A stretch of DNA of 64,000 bases from Acidobacteriota bacterium. GTDB lineage: Bacteria > Acidobacteriota > UBA890 > WLXD01. A model generated the notes under the pieces. The model did no database searches. It was given only the letters and a program-made list of their open reading frames with translations, and had not been told where the DNA came from. Positions 25,263 through 35,077 of this stretch are shown here, in pieces (position 1 is the stretch's first letter; every line of letters begins with the position of its first letter). The translations under genes were made by a program, and so were the position numbers. The stretch is taken from NCBI GenBank assembly GCA_965248695.1, contig CBDFKD010000002.1, positions 1,568,001 to 1,632,000 of the forward strand. Direction: 5' to 3'.

Positions 25263-26495
25263 CTAGTTGCGAACCGACACGCTGTATCGCAGCTCCGCAT
25301 CGCCACCGGCCGGTACGGTCACATCGAAACGCACGGCGGCGGCCGAAATGATCTGCGGATCGTGACTGGAACTGAGCAAGGTCCAGTCGCCGCCGATCCG
25401 CTCGATCACCTGGACCTCCGTCTCCTCGTCCGAGGCGTTGCTCAGCGTGATGCTCCAGTCCGACTGGCGCTCGTTGTTGGCGACGCGGCGGAACCCGGTT
25501 TGCGATCGAACGCCGGTCAGATCGAACGCGCGACCGGCCGGCAACACGATCTCCTGACCGGCCGGTGTGTTGTCGATTCCCGCCATGCCGAGCAGCTGCA
25601 ATCGATCGGCGCCATCGGGCTTGTAGATTCGGACGGTGCCGGCCGGGAGCGGCACGGTGCCGAACTCGGTGGCCATTGCCCTGGCAACACGATAGCGAAC
25701 GGCCACCGCAACGGGCCGTGGCTCGGCCTGCCGCTGGCGTGGCGCGGCGCCGCTCATCAACACGTGCTCCTTCACCACCGGCGCGTGCTCGGCGCCCATC
25801 AGGCGGATGCGGCGCGATTCCCCAGGCTCGAGAGTCATCGACTCGGAGGCGGTGTAGAGATGGTAGCCCCCGAAAGACTCCTGTTGGAACTCCGGGGCCG
25901 CAGCCATTGCGGCGACGGAGACCGTCGCGTCTATTGCGCGATACGCCTGACGCCTGGGCGCAACGACGTTGACGTCGCCGGCGAGGAGCTGCAGCTCGGC
26001 GTCCGTAAATCGGGCCCCGGAGCCGTTGGTTATGCTGGCGTAGCCATCGAGCCGCGCCGAGCGCTCGTCGGGGGCAACCTGCATCGTGTAGGAGGCTGCC
26101 CAGTCGAGCCCGCCCGCCAGGTAGGCAATGCGCAATGCCTGCAGGGGCTCCGAGACCTCGAGATCGATGATCAACGAGGCACCCACGGCGCTGCCGCCCT
26201 CGTAGGTCCGGTAGCCACGCACCCCCCGCAGCACGGTACCCGCGTTGAGCACCACAAGGCTGGCCTGCTCGACGCTGGTGGGCAGACCGTCGATGCGGAC
26301 GGCGTGGGTGCCAGCCGCTAGCGGCCGCTCGAGCCCCAGGCGTACGAGCCCCAGACCTTGCGGGTACACGGTGATGCTCGTACCGGGGCCCTCCTGTGCA
26401 GAACTAGGGGTGGCAGCGGCAAACGTGCAGATGAGGCAGATCGCCGCAACTCGCCGTATGCCGGTCCGCTTCGATCGTCGCTCGGGAGTCTCCAT
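25263..26495 (-). CDS. DUF4139 domain exported protein
   Basis: Signal peptide; SITVYPQGLGLVR, YLAGGLDWAASY, LQLLAGDVN, YHLY, PLPAGTVRIY, GRAFDL. Confidence 0.8.
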   Translation of the reverse strand: METPERRSKRTGIRRVAAICLICTFAAATPSSAQEGPGTSITVYPQGLGLVRLGLERPLAAGTHAVRIDGLPTSVEQASLVVLNAGTVLRGVRGYRTYEGGSAVGASLIIDLEVSEPLQALRIAYLAGGLDWAASYTMQVAPDERSARLDGYASITNGSGARFTDAELQLLAGDVNVVAPRRQAYRAIDATVSVAAMAAAPEFQQESFGGYHLYTASESMTLEPGESRRIRLMGAEHAPVVKEHVLMSGAAPRQRQAEPRPVAVAVRYRVARAMATEFGTVPLPAGTVRIYKPDGADRLQLLGMAGIDNTPAGQEIVLPAGRAFDLTGVRSQTGFRRVANNERQSDWSITLSNASDEETEVQVIERIGGDWTLLSSSHDPQIISAAAVRFDVTVPAGGDAELRYSVSVRN

Positions 26496-26726
26496 GGTGT
26501 CCTCACTCGTGGGCGGGGAATCGCCGCTGCGGCCCGTGCGGGGCGCTGCGGCGAGCCCTTCGTTGCAGTTGCGGTCGGGGAACTTCATGACGATGCAGCA
26601 CTCCACTAGTGTGGCACTGTAGCGGCGCCGTGGCGTGCCTTCGAGTCTGAGACGCACGGTCGTAGAGAACTTGCACAGCGCGCCGCCCGGCGACGTGGAT
26701 CGCGCTTGCCCGGCGACATAATCTAG

Positions 26727-26996
26727 TGGCCTGTAACAGATGAACGTTGCCTATCGCAGATGGGATTTGCGGGTGAGATCAAGGCGCGGCGAGGACGGCG
26801 ATGCAGTGAGCATCGTTGACGAGGTGCAACGCCGATATCGCCCGCAACTGCCCATCTGTCCGTAGGATGGCGGCGAAATGGACCCGTCTGCGGCGTTGCT
26901 CCTCCTCGAAGATGGGCCAACATCGTCTCGTCGTAGCGCCTGGCATCCGAGCCCATTTCGCCACCACGATAGGCAACGTTCATCTGTTACAGGCCA
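26727..26996. mobile_element. MITE-like element, 270 bp, with perfect 30-bp TIRs and CTAG flanks
   Basis: TGGCCTGTAACAGATGAACGTTGCCTATCG at 26727-26756 and its exact reverse complement at 26967-26996; CTAG on both sides. Confidence 0.9.
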
Positions 26997-27060
26997 CTAG
27001 TCCCCGTTTCCCCACGATTCGCCGTCCATACGCACACTGACGATCACCGAAGGAGCCTCC

Positions 27061-29808
27061 ATGCTCAGCAGATCCATCCGCCCCCTGACGGTGATGCTCA
27101 CCATCGGCATCGCCGCAGTCGCCAGCGCCGTGACGGCGCAGGCACCACCGGCCCAGTTCGCAATTACTGACGTGCGCATCGTGGTGGGCGATGGCTCGAT
27201 AATCGACAGGGGCACGATCGTCGTCGACAACGGCCTGATCGCGGCGGCGGGCGCCGGCGTCGCCGTGCCAACCGGCGCCTGGACCATCGAAGGCACCGGT
27301 CTGACCGCCTATCCCGGTCTGATCGACGCGCTGGCCACGGTCGGTTTGCCGACTGAGTTGCACGACCAGCCCGGTACGGAACGCCGCCGCGGCGGCCCTG
27401 GCGGCGACAGCGGCGACGACTTCGCCCACGGTCCGGAGGATCGGCCGGCAACATTCACCTGGGTCACGGCAGCCGACCATCTCGACCCCGAGGACACGCG
27501 CATTGCCGAGTGGCGCGCGGCTGGCTTCACTACCGTGGTGGCCGCACCCGAGCGCGGCCTGTTCCCGGGACAAGCATCGGTCATCGATCTGGGTGGCGAA
27601 CGCCCCAACGACATGGTCGTCGCTACGCCGGTGGCGCTACCGGTGAGCTTCAACAAGGGACGCGCGTTCGAAGGCTACCCGGGCTCGATCATGGGCATCA
27701 TCGCCTATGTGAAGCAGGTGCTGCTGGACGCCCAGCACTACGATCAGGCCTGGTCGATCTACGAATCCTCGCCGGCCGGCACCGAGCGACCGGGCTACGA
27801 CCGCACGCTGGAGCCACTGCGCGCCGCGGTCCGCGACGGCTGGCCGGTGTTGCTGCCGGCCGACTGGGCGCGCGAGATCGAACGCGCCATGCGCATCGCG
27901 CGCCAGACCGGCGTCGAGCCGATCCTCTACGGCGCTCGCCAGGCATGGGCGGTGACCGACGCGCTCGCAGCTGCCGATGTGCCGGTGCTGGTCAATCTCG
28001 ACTGGCCCGAGCGTGATCCGGACGGCGATCCCGAGGCCGAGGAGTCGCTGCAAACCCTGCGCTATCGCGATCGCGCCCCGACCACGCCCGCGGCGCTCGA
28101 CGCTGCCGGGGTGCGCTTCGCGTTCTACTCCGGCGACCTGCGACGCCCGACCGACATGCTCGACAACGCCCGACTGGCGGTACGCGCCGGTCTGTCGAGG
28201 ACCGCAGCGCTGAGGGCCCTGACGTTGGGCGCGGCCGAGATATTCGGGGTCGACGACCGGTTGGGCAGCATCGAGGTCGGCAAGATCGCCAACATCACGG
28301 TTGCTGACGGCGATCTCTTCGACGCCGGGACTCGCATCCACACCGTCATCGTCGACGGACAGCGCTTCGACAGCGGCTCGGCGAACGATGTCGCCGATGC
28401 CGACGACGACAGCGACGACAGCACTGTTGAGCCCGGCGCCTATGAGCCCGTGCCGATGGTGCGCGACCGCGGGCCGGTGAGCGAGCACGCCGTGACTGTG
28501 GTGCAGAACGGAACGGTGATGACGGTCAGCGATGCCGGGACGCTGCAGAACGCGTCGGTGCTCATCCGCAACGGGCGCATCGAGGCGGTCGGTACCGACG
28601 TCGATGTGCCAGCCGGTGCGCACGTGATCGATGCCGCCGGCAAATGGGTGATCCCCGGCATCATCGACGCCCATTCGCACATCGCCGCCGAGTCCATCAA
28701 CGAGGGCAGCGTCGCGGTATCGGCGATGGTCGGTATTCGCGACGTGCTCAACCCCGATCAGGTGTCCATCTACCGAGGGCTGGCGGGAGGTGTCACCAGC
28801 GCCAACGTGCTGCATGGATCAGCCAATCCGATCGGCGGCCAGAACGCGGTGGTGAAGCTGCGTTGGGGCGCTAACGCACAGGGGTTGATCTTCGAGGGCG
28901 CGCCCGAGGGCATCAAGTTCGCCCTCGGCGAGAACACCAAGCGCGACCGCGAGCCGGATCGTTACCCCAACTCGCGCATGGGTGTGCAGGACGTCATCCG
29001 CCAGTCGTTTCTCGACGCCCAGGCGTATCAGGCCGAGGGTCGCCGCTACGAGCAGGCAATGGCAGCGGGCGACGAGGGCGTCATCCCGCCGCGCCGCGAC
29101 CTCAAGCTGGAGCCGCTAGTCGAGATCCTCGAAGGGACGCGGTTGGTGCACGCACATTCGTACCGCGCCGACGAGATCCTGCAGCTGCTACGGACCGCGG
29201 AGGACTTCGGCTTCCGGATCGCTACCCTGCAGCACGTGCTCGAGGGTTACCGGGTGGCCGACGAGATTGCCGAGCACGGCGCCGGCGCCTCGACGTTTTC
29301 CGACTGGTGGGCCTACAAGGTCGAGGCCTACGAGGCGATCCCGCACAACGCCGCGCTGATGACCGACCGCGGCGTCGTGGTATCGATCAACTCGGACTCC
29401 GGCGAGGAGATGCGCCATCTCAACCTGGAGGCTGCCAAGACGATCAAGTGGGGCGCCAACACGCGCGACGAGGCGATACGGCTGGTGACCATCAACCCGG
29501 CGATCCAGCTCCGCATCGACGACCGTGTCGGATCGATCGAGGTGGGCAAGGACGCCGATCTGGTGATCTACAGCGACGACCCGCTGAGCAACTACGCGGT
29601 CGTGGAGCAAACGATCATCGACGGCCAGGTGTACTTCGATCGACAGCACGACATGGAGATGCGCGCCGCGCTGGCAGACGAGAAGGAGACGCTGCTGAAA
29701 CGCCAGATGACCGCCGGTGAGGGCGACAGGCGGGGCGGCCGACCGACCACAACTCGAGGGCCACGCTCCAGCGGTGGCGCAGACCTCCGTCAGGAGTCAC
29801 GGCAATGA
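27061..29808 (+). CDS. Exported two-domain amidohydrolase family protein
   Basis: Two amidohydrolase repeats; the first lacks HxH (PGLIDALATVG), the second has PGIIDAHSH, HSYRADE, QHVLE, INSDS. Confidence 0.88.
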   Translation: MLSRSIRPLTVMLTIGIAAVASAVTAQAPPAQFAITDVRIVVGDGSIIDRGTIVVDNGLIAAAGAGVAVPTGAWTIEGTGLTAYPGLIDALATVGLPTELHDQPGTERRRGGPGGDSGDDFAHGPEDRPATFTWVTAADHLDPEDTRIAEWRAAGFTTVVAAPERGLFPGQASVIDLGGERPNDMVVATPVALPVSFNKGRAFEGYPGSIMGIIAYVKQVLLDAQHYDQAWSIYESSPAGTERPGYDRTLEPLRAAVRDGWPVLLPADWAREIERAMRIARQTGVEPILYGARQAWAVTDALAAADVPVLVNLDWPERDPDGDPEAEESLQTLRYRDRAPTTPAALDAAGVRFAFYSGDLRRPTDMLDNARLAVRAGLSRTAALRALTLGAAEIFGVDDRLGSIEVGKIANITVADGDLFDAGTRIHTVIVDGQRFDSGSANDVADADDDSDDSTVEPGAYEPVPMVRDRGPVSEHAVTVVQNGTVMTVSDAGTLQNASVLIRNGRIEAVGTDVDVPAGAHVIDAAGKWVIPGIIDAHSHIAAESINEGSVAVSAMVGIRDVLNPDQVSIYRGLAGGVTSANVLHGSANPIGGQNAVVKLRWGANAQGLIFEGAPEGIKFALGENTKRDREPDRYPNSRMGVQDVIRQSFLDAQAYQAEGRRYEQAMAAGDEGVIPPRRDLKLEPLVEILEGTRLVHAHSYRADEILQLLRTAEDFGFRIATLQHVLEGYRVADEIAEHGAGASTFSDWWAYKVEAYEAIPHNAALMTDRGVVVSINSDSGEEMRHLNLEAAKTIKWGANTRDEAIRLVTINPAIQLRIDDRVGSIEVGKDADLVIYSDDPLSNYAVVEQTIIDGQVYFDRQHDMEMRAALADEKETLLKRQMTAGEGDRRGGRPTTTRGPRSSGGADLRQESRQ

Positions 29809-31121
29809 AGCTACGCACGATTGGATCGACGATGGCAGCGGTTGTCCTCGTACTTTCGGGCACGACAGCGTCCGCGCAGCAGGAAGCTCTGGTGCTGCAG
29901 GGTGGTCGAGTCCACCCGATGGTGGATGAGAGCGTCATCGACAACGGCACGGTGGTCGTCCAGAACGGCCGCATTACCGCGGTTGGCGGTGCCGACACCG
30001 CGGTCCCGGTCGGAGCGCGGGTGATCGACGTCAGCGGCAAGCACGTCTTCCCCGGCTTTTTCGACGCCGTTACGAGCCTGGGCCTCACGGAGATCGGTGC
30101 CGTCGCCGTCACCTCCGACTTTCGCGAGCTCGGTGACAACAACCCGCAGCTGCAGGGAGCGACGGCCGTCCATCCCGCCAGCGAGATCCTGCCGGTGAGC
30201 CGCTCCAACGGCCTTACGCACGCGGTGGCCGCGCCGCAGGGCGCCGGCATCGCCGGACAGGGCTCACTGATCCACCTGGACGGCTGGACGGTTGAAGAGA
30301 TGCTCATCGATGCCGGCGTGTACATGTCGGTACGGTGGCCCACCGTGCAAACGCGCGGCTTCGACCGGGCGACGCGGACGCGCATCAACCGCACCTACCA
30401 AGAGGCGCGGGAGCTGTACGACGAGTCGATCGCCGATCTGGAGGCGCTGCTCGCCGACGCGCGTCGCTACGCCGTCGCCGACGTCGGCGACGATCCGACG
30501 CGACGCAATCTGAAGCTCGAGGCGCTGGCCCGGGTAACCACCGGTGACATGCCGATGCTGATCAACGTCAACAGCGAACGTGGCATCCACGGCAGTATCG
30601 ATTTCGCCGAGCGCAACGATATCCGTATCATCCTTGCCGGCGGACGCGACGCCTGGAAGATCGCCGAAACGCTGGCCGAGCGCGACATTGCGGTAATCCT
30701 CGGCCCGACGCAGGCGCTGCCGAGCGGAGCCGACGATCCATACGACACTCCGTTCACCACACCCGCGAAGCTACATGCGGCCGGCGTACGGTTCGCCATC
30801 TCCACCTTCAACGCCTCCGCCGCGCGAACGCTCCCCTATGAGGCGGCGCAGGCGGTTCCGTTCGGACTGTCGCATCACGAGGCAATTCGCGCCATCACCA
30901 TCAACCCGGCCGAGATTCTCGGCGTCGCCGACCAGCTGGGGACCATCGAGGTGGGCAAGCTCGCCAACCTGCTGGTGAGCGACGGTGACCCGCTCGAAAC
31001 GACGACTCAGATCGAGCACGTCGTAATCGCCGGGCTGGCCGTGGATCCGAAAGACAACAAGCACGATCGGCTGTACGAGCGCTACAGCGGACGGCCGCGC
31101 CGAACAGGAGCGCAGCAATGA
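29805..31121 (+). CDS. Exported amidohydrolase-like protein (metal motif degenerate)
   Basis: PGFFDAVTSLG, AITINPAEILGV, GTIEVGKLANL; ATGA overlap. Confidence 0.85.
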   Translation: MKLRTIGSTMAAVVLVLSGTTASAQQEALVLQGGRVHPMVDESVIDNGTVVVQNGRITAVGGADTAVPVGARVIDVSGKHVFPGFFDAVTSLGLTEIGAVAVTSDFRELGDNNPQLQGATAVHPASEILPVSRSNGLTHAVAAPQGAGIAGQGSLIHLDGWTVEEMLIDAGVYMSVRWPTVQTRGFDRATRTRINRTYQEARELYDESIADLEALLADARRYAVADVGDDPTRRNLKLEALARVTTGDMPMLINVNSERGIHGSIDFAERNDIRIILAGGRDAWKIAETLAERDIAVILGPTQALPSGADDPYDTPFTTPAKLHAAGVRFAISTFNASAARTLPYEAAQAVPFGLSHHEAIRAITINPAEILGVADQLGTIEVGKLANLLVSDGDPLETTTQIEHVVIAGLAVDPKDNKHDRLYERYSGRPRRTGAQQ

Positions 31122-33262
31122 ATCTCCGCATCCGGCAACCGAGAGCTCGCTATCTATCTACCGCGCTGCTGTTCGGTCTCGTTTCGATAGCCGGTCTCGC
31201 GGCCGCTTGCGCCCCAGGGTCAACGAGCAGCTCCGACCTCGACGGCTCGCTGGCCGACGACAGCATCGAGTTTCGCGAAGCGTGGATTCCGATGCCGGAC
31301 GGTGTGCGGCTGGCTGCCGACCTCTGGATTCCCGAAGGCGGAGAGGCCGACGCGACCTATCCGGTGCTGCTCGAATACCTCCCCTACCGCAAGAACGAAT
31401 CACGATCGCGCAACTACTCGATGAACTCGTACTTCGTCGAGCGCGGCTACGTCGTTGCCCGGGTCGACATCCGCGGCAGCGGCGTTAGCGAGGGCAAGCT
31501 GATCGAGTACGAGTACACCGATCAGGAGCAGGAGGACGGCGAGGTCGTGATCGACTGGTTGTCGAAGCTGCCGTATTCCAACGGCAACGTCGGCATGTTC
31601 GGGATCTCGTGGGGTGGCTTCAACTCCATCCACATGGCGATGCGCAACCCGCCGGCGCTCAAGGCGATCATCGCCATTGAGGCCACCGACGATCTGTACG
31701 AGGACGACGTCCACTACATGGACGGCAACGCTCACATCGACGCCTACGAGGCCGGCCAGGATCTGGCCAACGTCGTGCCGGCGGCGCCCGACTACATCAT
31801 CAACGAGGAGTACTACGCGAATCGTTTCGACACCAAGCCGTGGATGCTGATCTACAAGCAGCAGCAACTGGACGGGCCGTTCTGGGACCGGGGGTCGCTG
31901 AACACGCGCTACGACTCGATCAAGATCCCGACCTTCGTAATCGGTGGCTGGTACGACGGCTACCGCGATTCCGTGCCGCGCATGCTGGAGCACATGGACG
32001 CGCCGGTGAAGGCAATGGTGGGGCCGTGGGCACATTCACTGCCACACAACGGCTATCCGAAGCCGCTGATGGAGTGGCGCCACGAAGCGGTGCGCTGGTA
32101 CGACCACTGGCTCAAGGGCGAGGACACCGGGATCATGGACGAGCCGGCGTTCGCGGTCTACGTGCGTGACTGGTATCCGCCCGATCTGTCGCTGGAGGAG
32201 ATCCCGGGAACGTGGCGTTTCGAGGACGGTTTCCCGCTCGAGCGCACCGAGTACCGCGACCTGTTCCTGGGAGCGGACGGCTCGCTCGGCGCGCCTGCTG
32301 CGCGTCGCGGCACCCACTCGCTCGAGTACGATCCGACGATGGGCATGGAGGGCGGCGGCCCGGTGATGTGGTGGGGCGACATCACGCCCGACCAGCAACC
32401 GATGGACGACGCCAGCCTGGTATACGACAGCGCGCCGCTCGAGGAGGGATTCGAGATTCTGGGGTTCCCGCGAGCGTTCCTGAACGCGTCCGCCGACGCT
32501 CCGCTGGCGAGCTGGGTGGTGCGGCTGTCAGATATCGCCCCCGACGGCTCGGTCACCCAGGTGGCGGGCGCCGGTTACAACGGCGCGCATCGAAACTCGT
32601 CCGAGACACCGGAGGCGCTCGAGCCAGGTCAGGAATACCCGCTGGAGATCGAGCTCCACTTCACCTCCTGGGTCTTCCAGCCTGGTCACCGGATTCGCGT
32701 CGCGATCACCAACGCGCAATGGCCGATGTTCTGGCCGACGCCCTACTCGATGACCACCTCGCTACGGTTGGGCGGCAGCGACGCGACGCGCGTGGTTCTC
32801 CCGGTGATCCCGCACGAGGACCGTCCGACGCCCGAGTTCCTTGCCCCGGCCGCGCGCGGACCCAGGCTGCCAGGCTACGGGCGAGCAGCAACCCGGGCTG
32901 AAGACGAAGCGACGACATCCGGGTACGCCGAGGTCGAGGGGCTCGTCTACGACGAGGAAACCGGCAGAGCGACGATCGTGGCGACCAACGGTGGCGGCAC
33001 TCAGTATCCCTGGGCCCAGGCCCTGAGCTCGCAGAAGATCACCCACTCGACCAACAAGCACGATCCGGCCGACACGTCGGTGCGCACCGAGTACTCGAGA
33101 ACGATCCTCGTCGACGACCGCGAGCTTCTCTTCGAGGCCGTCCTCGACTTCCACACCGACGTCGAGAACTTCTACTACGTCTACACTCGCCGGTTGTTCG
33201 AGAACGGCGAGCTGTTACGAGAAAAGACCTGGGATGAGACCATCCCGCGCGAGTTCCACTAG
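31118..33262 (+). CDS. CocE/NonD family hydrolase (S15-like), probable lipoprotein
   Basis: IPMPDGVRLAADL, YLPYRK, DIRGSGVSEG, GISWGG, GPWAH; lipobox-like LAAAC. Confidence 0.92.
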   Translation: MNLRIRQPRARYLSTALLFGLVSIAGLAAACAPGSTSSSDLDGSLADDSIEFREAWIPMPDGVRLAADLWIPEGGEADATYPVLLEYLPYRKNESRSRNYSMNSYFVERGYVVARVDIRGSGVSEGKLIEYEYTDQEQEDGEVVIDWLSKLPYSNGNVGMFGISWGGFNSIHMAMRNPPALKAIIAIEATDDLYEDDVHYMDGNAHIDAYEAGQDLANVVPAAPDYIINEEYYANRFDTKPWMLIYKQQQLDGPFWDRGSLNTRYDSIKIPTFVIGGWYDGYRDSVPRMLEHMDAPVKAMVGPWAHSLPHNGYPKPLMEWRHEAVRWYDHWLKGEDTGIMDEPAFAVYVRDWYPPDLSLEEIPGTWRFEDGFPLERTEYRDLFLGADGSLGAPAARRGTHSLEYDPTMGMEGGGPVMWWGDITPDQQPMDDASLVYDSAPLEEGFEILGFPRAFLNASADAPLASWVVRLSDIAPDGSVTQVAGAGYNGAHRNSSETPEALEPGQEYPLEIELHFTSWVFQPGHRIRVAITNAQWPMFWPTPYSMTTSLRLGGSDATRVVLPVIPHEDRPTPEFLAPAARGPRLPGYGRAATRAEDEATTSGYAEVEGLVYDEETGRATIVATNGGGTQYPWAQALSSQKITHSTNKHDPADTSVRTEYSRTILVDDRELLFEAVLDFHTDVENFYYVYTRRLFENGELLREKTWDETIPREFH

Positions 33263-33341
33263 GCGACGCGGGAAGGAACGGCCGCAGCGCCACTGGAAAC
33301 ACGCCTAATCGGTACCGGTCAGGCCACCAGCGACCTGTCGT

Positions 33342-34943
33342 CTACTGGCGGGGCACGGCCGGGGCCGGCATCTCCTCGGCGCTGAAGCGCGGCAGTAGCT
33401 CGTCGCGCATGGCGAGCTCGTACACCGCCGAGGCGACGACCACGGCGGCCGTCTTGACGTCGTCCTCGACGACGCGCTCGTAGGTATCGAGGTTGGTGTG
33501 CCAGGTGTGGCTGCCGTACTCGATCGGGTCCTGAAACAAGCCGATGCCGGGCAGGCCGGCGGCGTTGAACGAGGTCGAATCGGTGCCGCCGCGGCGCCGG
33601 CTGTCGGTATCGACCGCCCCCATCACCCCGAGCTCGGCCAGCGGCGCCAGAATCGCGCGCAGGATGTTGCCGGCCTCCGGCGGACCGAACACCGAGGCGC
33701 CGCGCGGGCGTCCGGTGCCGGAGTCGATGTTGAAGTACCCGCCGAACCGGTCGTAGGCGGCCTCGGGCTCCTCGAAGGTGCCGAAGTGCTGCGCCACGTA
33801 CGCCTGCGAGCCGATCAGCCCCTGCTCCTCGCCACCCCACAGGGCCACGCGGATCGTGCGCCGCGGCTCCACATCGAGGGCGGCCAGAATCCGCGCCGCC
33901 TCCAGCATGATGGAGCAGCCCGTGGCGTTGTCGGTGGCCCCCGTTGCCGAGTGCCACGAATCCAGATGTCCGCCAAGCATCACGACCTCGTCGGGCATCT
34001 CGGTGCCGCGGATCTCGGCGATGGCGTTGTAGGCCGTAGCACCCTCCGGATACCAGCGGTTGACGATCTGCACCTCCAGCTGCACCTCGTCGCCGTCGGC
34101 GACCAGGCGTGAGATGCGTCCGTAGTCCTCGTTACGCATCACCAGCGTCGGCACCGCCTTGTCGGCGTCGTAGGTGCGGTTGCTGAACGCCCGGATCTGG
34201 CCGTGCTGACGGCCGGCATCGTTGATGCGCACGGCGGCGCCGTTGGCGACCAGGAACTCATCGACACGGGCGCCGACCTCCCGCTCCGACAGGGCGCCTT
34301 CGGGAAGCTCAGGCGTTTCGCGCCGGCGGAAGCGCCGCCGCTCCTGGGGCGGGAGATCGGGATTGACGAAACGCGCGATCTCCTCGTCGGCTCGCCGCTT
34401 GGGTTGCGGATCGAAATCCACTCCGAGCAGCGCCGCGGCCCCTACCAGCACGATGCGGCCGCGCACCTGCTGGGCGTACTTCGCCAGATGCTCATCGAGC
34501 TGCTCGGCCGTCGGGTTGTCCTCGGCGGTCGGCACAATCTGCACCACGCTGGTGCGCACCGTGCCCTTGGTGCTCGGCGTCCACGCCAGCACCTCGGCAA
34601 CAAGTGTGTCCTGTGTCGGTGACACCAAGTACGCTGAGTGCCGTTCCGTCGCCCATCCGGGACGGCCGAAATCGAACGGCTCCAGGTGACCGTTGGTCAT
34701 GCCCCAGGTCACCATCTGTCGCACGGCCCACTCACCGGCCAGACGCAGATTCGGTGACCCCGTCAGGCGCGGACCGTAGCGGTCGGTGAGGAAGTGCAGC
34801 GTGCGCATGATCTGCGAACGGTCCATTCCCTCGGCCATGATGCGCGCCCGTATGGCGTCGTCCGTGGCGAAGGAAACCGAGCCGGCAGGCGACAGTACGA
34901 GCACGATCAGGAGAACGGAGACGGCGGCAGTCGGTTTGCGCAT
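33342..34943 (-). CDS. M28-family metallopeptidase (carboxypeptidase Q-like), exported
   Basis: [45 protein letters not shown]. Confidence 0.92.
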   Translation of the reverse strand: MRKPTAAVSVLLIVLVLSPAGSVSFATDDAIRARIMAEGMDRSQIMRTLHFLTDRYGPRLTGSPNLRLAGEWAVRQMVTWGMTNGHLEPFDFGRPGWATERHSAYLVSPTQDTLVAEVLAWTPSTKGTVRTSVVQIVPTAEDNPTAEQLDEHLAKYAQQVRGRIVLVGAAALLGVDFDPQPKRRADEEIARFVNPDLPPQERRRFRRRETPELPEGALSEREVGARVDEFLVANGAAVRINDAGRQHGQIRAFSNRTYDADKAVPTLVMRNEDYGRISRLVADGDEVQLEVQIVNRWYPEGATAYNAIAEIRGTEMPDEVVMLGGHLDSWHSATGATDNATGCSIMLEAARILAALDVEPRRTIRVALWGGEEQGLIGSQAYVAQHFGTFEEPEAAYDRFGGYFNIDSGTGRPRGASVFGPPEAGNILRAILAPLAELGVMGAVDTDSRRRGGTDSTSFNAAGLPGIGLFQDPIEYGSHTWHTNLDTYERVVEDDVKTAAVVVASAVYELAMRDELLPRFSAEEMPAPAVPRQ

Positions 34944-35077
34944 GGGACTCACGATTGGGGAAGATCAGACGGGCTCATTCGCGTGGCGCGGACCGCCAAC
35001 GACGGCACCGCGCAAATGACTGTATCCGTAGCGCTCGGCGCCCGACAGCGCCAGCCTCCGGTGCCTCGCTGGATGCC

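Noticed and set aside
26723-26983. 86-aa and other small ORFs within the 270-bp MITE
   Set aside because: Start and stop are supplied by the TIR sequence; no recognisable protein features
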